A DNA stretch of 64,000 bases, from positions 575 through 64,574 of the IMG/VR virus record IMGVR_UViG_3300046689_000961, one strand, 5' to 3'. The position numbers and the translations under genes are program-made. This document shows, one piece after another, positions 37,496 through 46,309 of this stretch. The notes beneath the pieces are model-generated. The model made no database searches and had not been told where the DNA came from. It saw nothing but the letters and a program-made list of their open reading frames with translations. The first letter of the stretch is position 1, and every line of letters begins with the position of its first letter. This DNA is from a virus (lineage: Duplodnaviria > Caudoviricetes).

Positions 37496-38509
37496 CTACG
37501 CGATGAGGCTGTTCGGGACCATGGCCCGGAGATACGCCCGGTCGTGCTCGATGCCGGCCGGGGTACACCACCCGCGCACGTCGTAATACGTCGCCCACTC
37601 CATGCACTCATGGAGGATGGGGCCGCGGGCGCTGTCGGCGAAGTACCCCGGCGGGTTCGGGTCGTCGTGCGCGGGCTGGTCGGGCGGCCGATTGTACGGG
37701 TCGTCGGGATAGCGCAGCCGGCCGTTAATCTGCCACACGTTGTCGTCGTGGACCAAGCACTGGGTGTCGCCGCCCTGGCCGTTGTACTCGCTCGCGACGA
37801 TGTCGTAGGCGGCCATCTGCGTGCCGACGCCGTAGTTGAGCGCGCCGTCGCCGAGCGGCGGGTGGCCGATGTCGTGCTCGAGCGCGAGCACCGCGTGCGG
37901 GTATTTCACCCGCACGGTGGCCTCGAAGAGGGCCCCGAAGGCCGCGACCTGCTCGGGCGACCAGCCGTAGAAGATGGCGTCGTACCCCGGGATGAACTGG
38001 ATGAACTGGGCCCGCCAGCCGAGCGAGGCGACCACGCGCTCGAAGTTCGCCATGAGCCAGGCGTGGCCGTAGGTCCGGCCGACCGGGTCGTTGTACCCCG
38101 GGCCGGCGCCTTGGCCGTCACCGGCGAGGAACAACCGGACGTACCCGTACGGGAGAATCTCGTCGATGAGCGCGTTGAGGCTCGGGAGGTCCTGGCTGAA
38201 GTCGACGCCCGGGAACTGCGCATACGGCTGGTCCGATTCCAGATACGCGCCCGACAGCGACACGCCATAGAGGCGGTCGCCGGCGGCCTGCTTGACGGCG
38301 TACACCTTCGGGCGGTCGGCCTTCGCAATCCACGCGAGCGCCGGCTCGAACCAGCCGGTGTTCGGCGGCATGGGGAGCCCTGGGACGCGCAGCCCCTGGA
38401 AATGCCACGGGGCGCGCATGAGGGTCATCCGGTCGGGTGGGGCGGGGGGCCGAGGCCCGCGGCCGTGCCCCCGACCCATGTAGTACGGCGCCAGTGAGAG
38501 GAGCGCCAC
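37496..38509 (-). CDS. Putative glycoside-hydrolase-like (TIM-barrel) protein, endolysin candidate
   Basis: 337 aa with alternating beta/alpha pattern and acidic residues at strand ends; next to holin-like genes; no canonical lysin motif. Confidence 0.35.
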   Translation of the reverse strand: MALLSLAPYYMGRGHGRGPRPPAPPDRMTLMRAPWHFQGLRVPGLPMPPNTGWFEPALAWIAKADRPKVYAVKQAAGDRLYGVSLSGAYLESDQPYAQFPGVDFSQDLPSLNALIDEILPYGYVRLFLAGDGQGAGPGYNDPVGRTYGHAWLMANFERVVASLGWRAQFIQFIPGYDAIFYGWSPEQVAAFGALFEATVRVKYPHAVLALEHDIGHPPLGDGALNYGVGTQMAAYDIVASEYNGQGGDTQCLVHDDNVWQINGRLRYPDDPYNRPPDQPAHDDPNPPGYFADSARGPILHECMEWATYYDVRGWCTPAGIEHDRAYLRAMVPNSLIA

Positions 38510-38512
38510 GGG

Positions 38513-38914
38513 CTAGACCGCGCCGGCGACCTGGTCGCTCCGCGTCACCGAGTAATCGAACGCCGGCGGGTTCCCGCCCGTGAGCGCGAACCAGTCGAAG
38601 CCCGGCTGGGCGGTGACCTTCGCCCCATCGAACACGAGAATGGCTTCCTGCGGGAAGCTCGGCGCGGTGTCCGGGCCGCCCACCCGCCCGGCGCCGGTCT
38701 TCGCGTCGAACACGTAGAAGCTGCCGTCCGAGATGAAGACGTACCGGGCCCCGCCGCCGGCGCCTGAGTTGGCCTCGCCGACGTAAAACAACCCGCCGCG
38801 CAGTTTCGTCTGCGGGTAGGTGAGACTGCCGTCAATCTTCGGCGTGAAGGGATTCACCTGCATGAGGCAGGGAATCGACGGCCCGAGCGGCGACGGGGCG
38901 AGGTGGTCGGCCAT
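38513..38914 (-). CDS. Hypothetical protein
   Basis: 133 aa in operon. Confidence 0.55.
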   Translation of the reverse strand: MADHLAPSPLGPSIPCLMQVNPFTPKIDGSLTYPQTKLRGGLFYVGEANSGAGGGARYVFISDGSFYVFDAKTGAGRVGGPDTAPSFPQEAILVFDGAKVTAQPGFDWFALTGGNPPAFDYSVTRSDQVAGAV

Positions 38915-38926
38915 GGAGGGGCTCGC

Positions 38927-39112
38927 CTACGGCGTGGTCGTGACGGGCGGCACGAGCTGGTTGATGGACGCGGTGTTGGCGTCGATGCCGGCCTTGACCG
39001 TATCGAGGTCCGCTTCGGTGGCCGCGCCGGGGGTTGGAATGCGGGCGGCGAGCGCCACGATGGCGGCCGTCTGGGTGGTGATCGCGTCGTTCACGTCTGC
39101 GAGCTTGGCCAT
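38927..39112 (-). CDS. Small coiled-coil protein
   Basis: MAKLADVNDAITTQTAAI..., RBS GGAG. Confidence 0.55.
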   Translation of the reverse strand: MAKLADVNDAITTQTAAIVALAARIPTPGAATEADLDTVKAGIDANTASINQLVPPVTTTP

Positions 39113-39216
39113 GGTGAGCACTCCAAAGACGATGACGGTGAGGAGAATGGCGGCGAGGAAGCCGACAACCACGATGGCGGGAGGATAACGCGCGCGTGTG
39201 ACGATTGTCTAGCGGG

Positions 39217-39546
39217 CTACGTGTGCCGTTCAGATCGGGGCGCGTACCGCTCGCTCAGCCACCCGCCGCGCAGCCGGATTTCCGTCGTGAGCGTCGTAAT
39301 CGCCGACGTGTTTTCCTTCACCACGTCGGTGAGCAGATCCGTCTGCTGCTGCTGATTGGCGAGCCGGTCTTTCATGTCGCGCCGGTAGAACATGAACATG
39401 AAGGCGGCCAGGATCCCGCCGACCCCGAGCGAGGCGCACCACTTCGCAAAGTCGGTCCAGTCCTGCGACATCAGCCACCGCTCCATCGCGACGAGGGCTA
39501 CGACGGCGATGGACCCGACCGCGTAGCGCGTGGCCCTCGCGGTCAT
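39217..39546 (-). CDS. Membrane protein with C-terminal coiled coil (holin-like)
   Basis: Hydrophobic LGVGGILAAFMFMFYRR followed by VVKENTSAITTL. Confidence 0.55.
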   Translation of the reverse strand: MTARATRYAVGSIAVVALVAMERWLMSQDWTDFAKWCASLGVGGILAAFMFMFYRRDMKDRLANQQQQTDLLTDVVKENTSAITTLTTEIRLRGGWLSERYAPRSERHT

Positions 39547-40397
39547 GGGAGCGACTCCGATGACGACAACGACGCTGAGGGTGCGGTCGTTGTATCACAG
39601 GTAAGGTTTCGGTTGGACGCGTCGGGCGCTTCTGTCATGTCAGCCTCGGCGACGACGGTGCCGTCCACGACGCCACGGGCGTCGGCCTCGGGCGAGTCGT
39701 CCTCGCTCGCCCGTCCATACAAGATGCGGTCCACGGCCGTGATCAGCCGATCGTAGGCTTGGCTGGGCACGAGGGGCGCCGCCGGTGCGACATTCACCCC
39801 CACGTTGGTGGTAATGCCCCCACCGCCTTTGCTCACGAGCTTCGTCATCTCGAAGAAGAGCTTCTGGCGCTCGAGTTCGGGGAGCTGGCGGATCGTGCCA
39901 AGCGCGTTACAGGTCTCGCAGGGGGACGGGCGACCGTCGGGCGTGGTCGGCGCGAGCGAGCCCGTGCCGTTACACGCGCGACACGTCTCGTCGTACGGCG
40001 CCGACCGGGTGGCCAGATCCTCGACGGCCGCCGGGGCCGCCTGCGCGAGCCGGTAGACCGAGAGGACCGCCATCTTGGCGTAGGTGCCTTGCTTGAAGGC
40101 TTCGAGGAGTTCGCCGAGCGTCACCCCGCCACGCGCGCACAGGACCGCGAGATCGGTCGCGTCTTCCCGGGGGTCGGCGATGAGGCCGACCACATAGTCG
40201 AGCGCGCTCGACGGCGGCGCTTGGAGCATCGCCTCGATGAGTTTCACGCGGCCACCGACCGCCGCTTCAAAGGCGCGGACCGCGGCGACCGCGCCCGGCT
40301 GGGCGTAGACCCGGCTGGTCTCGCGAGCGGCCAAGGCGTCGCCCTCGCGCTTCGAGGCGGTGGAGACGAGGGAGAGCGCGCGGGTGGGCGGCCGCAT
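39543..40397 (-). CDS. Terminase small subunit candidate with DnaJ-type zinc finger
   Basis: Helical protein with CRACNGTG and CETCNALG; near the head of the late operon. Confidence 0.4.
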   Translation of the reverse strand: MRPPTRALSLVSTASKREGDALAARETSRVYAQPGAVAAVRAFEAAVGGRVKLIEAMLQAPPSSALDYVVGLIADPREDATDLAVLCARGGVTLGELLEAFKQGTYAKMAVLSVYRLAQAAPAAVEDLATRSAPYDETCRACNGTGSLAPTTPDGRPSPCETCNALGTIRQLPELERQKLFFEMTKLVSKGGGGITTNVGVNVAPAAPLVPSQAYDRLITAVDRILYGRASEDDSPEADARGVVDGTVVAEADMTEAPDASNRNLTCDTTTAPSASLSSSESLP

Positions 40398-40415
40398 CGG
40401 TGGGGCATTCTACCG

Positions 40416-40733
40416 CTACTCGCGCGCGCGAGGCGAGATCGGTGGGAGCGGCGCGGCGGCCGTTTCACTCAGCGCGCCGATCAACGTGTAGCCGGCCTCA
40501 AACGCGGCGGCTGGCGAGAACGATTGGTACCCGTCCTCGTACACGACGAAGTAGCCGCCGACCTGCGGGTCGTGCTTGGCCGCGTAGCTGGGCGGCACGA
40601 GCCACGGTACCGTCGTCCCATCCGGCCATCCCAGCAGGAGCCGCCCCAAGCCGCCCATCGTCGGATGCAGGTCGATGCGGACGATCTTGGCGGCGCGCAC
40701 GACTTTGTGGCAGCGGTACTGCGGTAACTCCAT
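40416..40733 (-). CDS. Conserved phage hypothetical protein
   Basis: LPQYRCHKVVRAAKI...PQVGGYFVVYEDGYQSFSPAAAFEAGYT; RBS AAGGAG. Confidence 0.75.
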   Translation of the reverse strand: MELPQYRCHKVVRAAKIVRIDLHPTMGGLGRLLLGWPDGTTVPWLVPPSYAAKHDPQVGGYFVVYEDGYQSFSPAAAFEAGYTLIGALSETAAAPLPPISPRARE

Positions 40734-40742
40734 GGCCTCTCC

Positions 40743-41054
40743 TTAGCGACGCACGAACGGCAGCGGCGACACGTCTTCGGGCGGAATCTCCTCCCGCGCG
40801 GTCAGGCCGTCCAGCTCCCGCAGGATTTCCTCGGGCTCGGGGTCGCGATTGAGGTGCCGGCGCAGCCGCGTCTCAATCTCGTACGCCGCGGCCATGCGCC
40901 GGTCGTCCACGTAGGTAATGGCGGCGGTCGCTTCGTCTTCCGGGGAGACGGGGAGCGGGACGAACTTCCCCTCGGCCACGTTGGCGAGCCGTTCGAGCGC
41001 GTCGGCGATCCGGTCGAGGCTGCGCGAACTGCGGAGGAGGTCGGCCAGGCTCAT
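40743..41054 (-). CDS. Hypothetical protein
   Basis: ATGA-coupled; LDRIADALERLA. Confidence 0.55.
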   Translation of the reverse strand: MSLADLLRSSRSLDRIADALERLANVAEGKFVPLPVSPEDEATAAITYVDDRRMAAAYEIETRLRRHLNRDPEPEEILRELDGLTAREEIPPEDVSPLPFVRR

Positions 41055-41320
41055 GGCGTGGGCGGGCGATAGGCCGTGTGCCAAGCACACGCCGTCCGTT
41101 CGGTGCAGCCACAGTCACGAAAGCTCGTGAGCAGGTCGAAGGCCGCGTCAAGGTCGTGGGCGAACTCCGGCGACCGTTCGAGGTGTGTCAGCTCCGTGAG
41201 CGGCGGCGCCCCCGGGTCAATGGGCACGTTGACGAAGAAGGCCGTGCCATCGCTGCGGCGCGCCCAGAGTTTCAGATGCGTCCACGTCCGATCCGCCACT
41301 TTCACCAGGTCGGCGCTCAT
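41051..41320 (-). CDS. Hypothetical protein
   Basis: ATGA-coupled on both sides. Confidence 0.55.
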   Translation of the reverse strand: MSADLVKVADRTWTHLKLWARRSDGTAFFVNVPIDPGAPPLTELTHLERSPEFAHDLDAAFDLLTSFRDCGCTERTACAWHTAYRPPTP

Positions 41321-41640
41321 CTGATCGTCTCGTCGAGCGTCACACCCTCGGGCGGCGTGGCCGTGATCCTCGGCGCCGGCCGCGAGAGGCGCAGCTCCAC
41401 GCCGAACCCGTACGCCGCGGCCACCTTGATAATCGTCTGGAGCTTCGCGCGGCCGTGTTCCACGCGGAACCGATGGGCCGAGTTCAGCCCGGCCGGGTGG
41501 CCGTACAGCCGGTACAGCTGCCGGAACTCGTCACCCAGTTTGGCGAGGACCGCATCGGCGGCCGGGTCGGGCGCGGCTGGGCCCCGGCGACGGGGCCCCC
41601 CGCGAGGCGTCCGCGCCTCGCCCGCCTCACGCGTGGACAT
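41317..41640 (-). CDS. HTH (XRE-like) protein
   Basis: RVEHGRAKLQTIIKVAAAYGFGVELRL resembles the XRE C-terminal half. Confidence 0.45.
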   Translation of the reverse strand: MSTREAGEARTPRGGPRRRGPAAPDPAADAVLAKLGDEFRQLYRLYGHPAGLNSAHRFRVEHGRAKLQTIIKVAAAYGFGVELRLSRPAPRITATPPEGVTLDETIR

Positions 41641-41938
41641 GAATCCCTTCGTCCTCAAGCGCGCTCACCGGATGGAGCACGCCCGGCCGCAGCGCGAAGA
41701 GCTTCCCATGCGTTGCGCAGCAATCCCCCACCGGCGCGACGCGCTCAATCCCGTACTCGACGCCCGGCGGGATCCAGGCGGCCTGCTCCACGAGGCGGAC
41801 CACCGCCTCGAGGTCGTCGGGCCCGCCCCGCACGACCATGACCTTCGGCTCGGCCCAGTCGACATGGGACAGCGCGACCCAATAGAGGTGGGTCGGCGTC
41901 GCCAGGTCGATGGCGTCGGGCGTCTTGTAGACGGTCAT
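41627..41938 (-). CDS. Hypothetical protein
   Basis: MTVYKTPDAIDL..., overlaps the next gene. Confidence 0.45.
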   Translation of the reverse strand: MTVYKTPDAIDLATPTHLYWVALSHVDWAEPKVMVVRGGPDDLEAVVRLVEQAAWIPPGVEYGIERVAPVGDCCATHGKLFALRPGVLHPVSALEDEGIHVHA

Positions 41939-42031
41939 GGTCGTGGGCGACTCAGGTGGTTGCACAGCGAATGCCAGCGTCGCGGGTGGACGCCCCGTGA
42001 GGGGCGTCACCGAGTGGGCGTCCTCGCCCCT

Positions 42032-42154
42032 CGCTTCGACTGAGCCCACCGAACCATCCAAGGTGTTCCCCGGAGACGACGCAGCCCTCAGCCGGCGCCT
42101 TCGGTCCCTGGTCAGGTGCAGCCATGCCCCCGAACGGTGGGCTCAGTCGAAGCG
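42032..42154. repeat. Perfect 20-bp inverted repeat with 83-nt spacer
   Basis: CGCTTCGACTGAGCCCACCG (42032-42051) and CGGTGGGCTCAGTCGAAGCG (42135-42154). Confidence 0.9.
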
Positions 42155-42275
42155 TCGCGCGCGTCGGTGGGGTCGTCGGCAGGCGATCCGGCTCCCCAGC
42201 TCTTCGGCTCATCCTCGAAAGAATGTGCCTAGACGGCGTGCGACGAGGGTCCCTTCCCGCGCGCGCGACGAGGGA

Positions 42276-42305
42276 ACGATACGCGACTGTAATTACGATT
42301 GTCAA
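42276..42305 (-). promoter_or_regulatory. Sigma70-like leftward promoter
   Basis: TTGACA-N18-TATCGT on the minus strand. Confidence 0.55.
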
Positions 42306-42327
42306 GTCCCGCGAGGACCGCGGGACA

Positions 42328-42367
42328 GTGGGGGCGCGAGCCCCCACGGCTTTGGCGAAGCCAAAGC
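42328..42367. repeat. Tandem hairpins
   Basis: GTGGGGGC-GCGA-GCCCCCAC and GCTTTGGC-GAA-GCCAAAGC. Confidence 0.85.
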
Positions 42368-42545
42368 GCACGTCGTCGGAGTCGGCCCGCGGAGCGCCTG
42401 AAGGGATTCGACGAGTCGGCCCGGGGCGAGCCAGGCCAACGCGAAACCACCTTCGTCGTTGAACGCCGCTGACGTCGGCGCGGGAGTGACCGGCGGAGTC
42501 GGCGGGCGGAGCGACGACGTGCTGGCGGCTAGCGTAGCACAGCCA

Positions 42546-42899
42546 CTACCGCGGCCGGCGACTCGGCCGTCCCGGCATCGCCATCCCAGCCTGTTGCAGC
42601 TTCCAGCGCAGCCAGCGCAGCACGACGAGTCGCCGCTGTTTCGGCGACGCGCTCGCCGGCACCGAGTCATTGACCATGGCGACCTCGTCGATGAAGTCGA
42701 ACTTCAGCGCGAGTGGCGCGGTCTTGTTGGCGAACACCCACCCGATGGCGCAGTGCTCGCCTTGGGCGCCATCGAGCTTGCCGCGAATCAACCCCGGCGC
42801 CGCGAGCACCGCGTTGTAGGTCATCAGGTAGGCCGTCCCATTCGAGGGGCAGGGCGTGTCGGGTGAGGCGGTGCGCATCTCGGGTCGCAGGGTACTCAT
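42546..42899 (-). CDS. Hypothetical protein
   Basis: MSTLRPEMR...LIRGKL..GEHCAIG; RBS GAGGAG. Confidence 0.6.
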   Translation of the reverse strand: MSTLRPEMRTASPDTPCPSNGTAYLMTYNAVLAAPGLIRGKLDGAQGEHCAIGWVFANKTAPLALKFDFIDEVAMVNDSVPASASPKQRRLVVLRWLRWKLQQAGMAMPGRPSRRPR

Positions 42900-43354
42900 G
42901 GGTCGCTCCTCGTCGGGGTGGTGGGTGGGTGACGTCGTCAGACGACCACTACGATAGCGTAATCGAGAGAGGCAGGCAAGAGGGCGACAAAAAATTTGCG
43001 TCGGCCACTGGCCATGGACGAGGCCCCCACCCCCGGCCCCGTCGGACAATTCCGCCGGTTCGCCCCTGGTATGACTATTGCATGCGACAAGCGCCGGCCG
43101 TCCTGGTGCGCACGACCTAGCCGGCCGGATAGCGTGAACTCGAGGTGGAGGGTACAGGCCGGCGACGCGACGCGAGCTGGACGCCTATCCTTATGTAGGG
43201 CCGGCGACAATGCTTGGCGACGTCGCCGGCAATGCCTAGCAGGTCCTCGACTCCCAGTGTCGCCAGTGTCGCCGGCGTCGACGGCCGTACGCAGCACGGG
43301 CCCAGCGACGCGAGAGTCAGCTGGGCCCGTGAGACTCGCGACGCGACGACGTCC

Positions 43355-43876
43355 TTAGACCACAGCCCAGCATTCCACCCAACGGCCGCGCACACCCGCG
43401 CGGCGATACAACGTCGCATTCCCATGGTCGTTGACGTGCAAGGCGTACGGCGTCGCGACGTTGGTACGCTCACTCGTGTCGCTAATCTTCGTCACGCCGG
43501 CGTCACGATCGCGGTAGTCCTTCGGATCAAGGTACCCATGATGCGCGCGCGTATCGTCCTCCAGCTGCTCCCAGCATGGCCACACGCCGATACAGGCGCC
43601 GTCGCCTTCGATGCTGCCAAAGTAGCAGTAATCGGGCACGTGACTCTCCGCGATGTTGCACAACGTTTCGTAGTCCTCGGATGCACCTTCAGCCCAGTAC
43701 GGCGCATCTTCGGAGGCGTGATCAGACGTCGCCGCGATCGTACGGCAGGTAATCCGCTCACTCTTCGTGAGTCGAATCGTCGATAAGGCGCCTAAAACGG
43801 CCGGAATCAGGTCCTCGAGTCGCAACGTCGCCTCCGAAACGGTGCCGAGGGGTAACGTCGATGTTCGCGTACGCAT
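43355..43876 (-). CDS. Early hypothetical protein
   Basis: GTVSEATLRLEDLIP...YFGSIEGDGACIGVW; RBS GGGAGG and its own promoter. Confidence 0.7.
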   Translation of the reverse strand: MRTRTSTLPLGTVSEATLRLEDLIPAVLGALSTIRLTKSERITCRTIAATSDHASEDAPYWAEGASEDYETLCNIAESHVPDYCYFGSIEGDGACIGVWPCWEQLEDDTRAHHGYLDPKDYRDRDAGVTKISDTSERTNVATPYALHVNDHGNATLYRRAGVRGRWVECWAVV

Positions 43877-43910
43877 GGTGTCAGTCCTCCCAAACAGGTT
43901 GCCTACTGAA

Positions 43911-43939
43911 AGCATACACGCGCACGCGGTAGCAGTCAA
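43911..43939 (-). promoter_or_regulatory. Sigma70-like early promoter
   Basis: TTGACT-N17-TATGCT. Confidence 0.65.
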
Positions 43940-44020
43940 TACCCTTATCGGGAGTCGATGCTACCGCGTGTTAGGCGTGCGCTCGAGCTGGACGACGTGT
44001 GTCGACGCGTCGACGGTCGA

Positions 44021-44260
44021 CTAGTCCCTCGGATCACTCGGCCACAGCTCCGCGAGCTGCAGCATGGCTAGACGTTGCCGGACGTGTCGCGTGCGCTCGC
44101 GCGCGGCATGCTGGGACTGGCCACACTGGCCCCAAGTCTCAAGGAGATAGGCGCGGCACTGATCGGCCGTCCAGCTCGCGACGGTCGACGCGTCAATGAG
44201 TGTGTAGATGTCCTCGGACGTGTCGACGGTCGACGTAATGCCGCGATGGGTGACGCGCAT
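44021..44260 (-). CDS. Early hypothetical protein
   Basis: MRVTHRGITSTV..., TAATG coupling. Confidence 0.5.
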   Translation of the reverse strand: MRVTHRGITSTVDTSEDIYTLIDASTVASWTADQCRAYLLETWGQCGQSQHAARERTRHVRQRLAMLQLAELWPSDPRD

Positions 44261-44514
44261 TAGGCGTCGACCTCGGCGCGCGCATTGCCGTACGTGAGGC
44301 CCATGAGGAGCAGCTCCTCGGCGCCGTACACCTTGGCGGCGCCGCACGTCTCGCACGTGTAACGGCGTGCATCGGGTTCGCAGCCACCTTGGGTATTCCC
44401 GCACGCGAGACAGAATCCCTCGCAGTTATCGCCTTCGATCACCGACTGTACCCATCGAAGGGACGGTTTGTACTGCGTCACTCCCGCAAGTGTCTTGTAC
44501 GTGTGCTTCGCCAT
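44260..44514 (-). CDS. Small zinc-finger protein
   Basis: GFCLACG...CEPDARRYTCETCG...VYGAEELL; RBS GGAGG. Confidence 0.7.
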   Translation of the reverse strand: MAKHTYKTLAGVTQYKPSLRWVQSVIEGDNCEGFCLACGNTQGGCEPDARRYTCETCGAAKVYGAEELLLMGLTYGNARAEVDA

Positions 44515-44534
44515 ATGCCTAACCTCCAGTGCTA

Positions 44535-44606
44535 AGCCTAGCAGGGTATCGGCTGAGAGTCAATGGAAGGATAGGGGTTGACTGGCGATAGGGGATGGGG
44601 TATCGT
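44535..44606. promoter_or_regulatory. Back-to-back divergent sigma70-like promoters
   Basis: Minus strand TTGACT-N17-TAGGCT; plus strand TTGACT-N17-TATCGT. Confidence 0.65.
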
Positions 44607-44626
44607 TCGCGCTGGGAGGACACCTC

Positions 44627-45082
44627 ATGTCAGACGCTCACGAAACACTCACCGATGTACTCCGCCAGTCCCTGGCCCGGCCGGCGCATTGCTACTCGGC
44701 GCACGTCCCTGGACAGGGGTACGTGAATGACGGGTCGACCGTCGCGACGCGCGCCGACTACGATCGCCAGCGCCGGCGCGCCGGTGAAGCGGAGATCGAT
44801 AACCTGGGGTACGCCCCTGTGTACGCGGAGCCCGGGTACACCCAACCGCGCGCGGGTGTCTTAATGGCCGATTGGAACGTGTTTCCCTCGGATATCGCGG
44901 ATGTCCTCGAGGACCTGGGCTACGCGGTCGAATGGTCGGATGAGTGGATCACCTGCGAGGATTGCGGCGGCGCCGTACGGACGCAGCCCGATAGCTACAG
45001 CTGGACGCCCGCGTATCAGATCGTCGACGGCGCCGTCCTGTGTCGCGCGTGTGTCCCGGCGCCTGAGACGGAGGAGGCGTAA
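44627..45082 (+). CDS. Early hypothetical zinc-binding protein
   Basis: EWSDEWITCEDCG...RTQPDSYSW; RBS GGGAGG. Confidence 0.7.
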   Translation: MSDAHETLTDVLRQSLARPAHCYSAHVPGQGYVNDGSTVATRADYDRQRRRAGEAEIDNLGYAPVYAEPGYTQPRAGVLMADWNVFPSDIADVLEDLGYAVEWSDEWITCEDCGGAVRTQPDSYSWTPAYQIVDGAVLCRACVPAPETEEA

Positions 45083-45379
45083 ATGGTGGCCTATCTACCT
45101 GATTGGACACTCACCGCGCCGTACAGCCGCGTTGAATCGGCATGGCGCGCCGGACAGCTCACCGACGACACGTGGATCGCCTATCGCGCGGCGTGGCGCT
45201 ATGGCGCCGCGCGTTTGTCGGACATCGTGCCGTGGCCGCCCGTGCGGGCGATCCATGCCTACCTAGATCGCGGCGCCATGCCGGGCGACACGATCCGCGT
45301 GACGTGGGCGGGCGCCGGTACGCAGGATCACTGTACGCAGCACTGGCCGCCGACGTTCGCGAACGCTGGGAGCTGGTAA
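45083..45379 (+). CDS. Early hypothetical protein
   Basis: RBS GGAGGAGG; abuts the upstream stop codon. Confidence 0.55.
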   Translation: MVAYLPDWTLTAPYSRVESAWRAGQLTDDTWIAYRAAWRYGAARLSDIVPWPPVRAIHAYLDRGAMPGDTIRVTWAGAGTQDHCTQHWPPTFANAGSW

Positions 45380-45403
45380 GCCGGCGCACGACTACTCTAC
45401 CCA

Positions 45404-45433
45404 TTGACAAGCGATACCGGCCCGCACTAGTAT
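45404..45433 (+). promoter_or_regulatory. Sigma70-like promoter
   Basis: TTGACA-N18-TAGTAT upstream of 45483. Confidence 0.55.
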
Positions 45434-45482
45434 TGACGGTGCGGGCCGTTTGCACGTTTGGCGGCCTGGGGAGGGTGACAGG

Positions 45483-46208
45483 ATGCACAGCACACAAAGC
45501 ACGGCGGCGCGCGGGTACACCTTCGCGCCGGCGGTACAGGGTGACGGGATGGACCCGCGGCGCGCGCGGATCGCGCGAGACTGGGCCAAGGTCGACGGGC
45601 GCCGGGATGCGGCGGCCGCCAAACCTGATCCGCGGACGCCGGCGGTCCAGACGGTGACGGCCAAGGGCCGGCCGGCGGCCGTGATCCTGGCCGGCTTGCG
45701 CGAGCTGGGCGATCCCAAGTACGCCGACAAGTACCACGGCCGGCCGGTGATCGACGGGTACTGGCTTGGCGTGACCGATGGCCACTTCGCGTTACTCGAG
45801 CCCGGGCCGGGGATCGCGGGGCTGTCCCGCGCGCCGATCGTGCGGGAGGACCTGCCACGCGTGGCCACGCTGGGGATCGACTTCTTTGACGTCGTGCGCC
45901 GCGTCGCCACGTGCGCCCCCAAGACGGGCCGGATCACCCTCACGCCGTGCACGGCGGGCGTGCGCGTAAGCGCCGAGGACGTCAGCGCCGGCGTGAGCGC
46001 CGCCGAGGTCTATCCCTGCGAGTCGTGCGGGGAGGACCTGGCCGCGCCGACGGCCGCCTTCGACGTGACGTATCTGCGCGCGATGGCCGGCGCGGCCTGG
46101 ACCTGGCAGCACGGCACGGGTGAAGCGGCCGGCGGGGCGGCGCTCTTTACGGCGGTCGACCGGTTCGCGGCCGTCGTGATGATGCCGATGGCGCCGACGA
46201 AGGGGTAA
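45483..46208 (+). CDS. Divergent truncated sliding-clamp (DnaN-like) protein
   Basis: VTDGH, VRVSAED, GEDL..AFDVTYL and terminal VVMMPM parallel beta-clamp domains II-III. Confidence 0.5.
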   Translation: MHSTQSTAARGYTFAPAVQGDGMDPRRARIARDWAKVDGRRDAAAAKPDPRTPAVQTVTAKGRPAAVILAGLRELGDPKYADKYHGRPVIDGYWLGVTDGHFALLEPGPGIAGLSRAPIVREDLPRVATLGIDFFDVVRRVATCAPKTGRITLTPCTAGVRVSAEDVSAGVSAAEVYPCESCGEDLAAPTAAFDVTYLRAMAGAAWTWQHGTGEAAGGAALFTAVDRFAAVVMMPMAPTKG

Positions 46209-46309
46209 ACGGCCGGCCGCGTGACGGGAGGTACGGACAGCCGGGACGTACCTCCCAGCCGGTACTTAGTACAGCCGGTACAGCGAGTACAGCTAAGAGG
46301 GAGGGCGAG

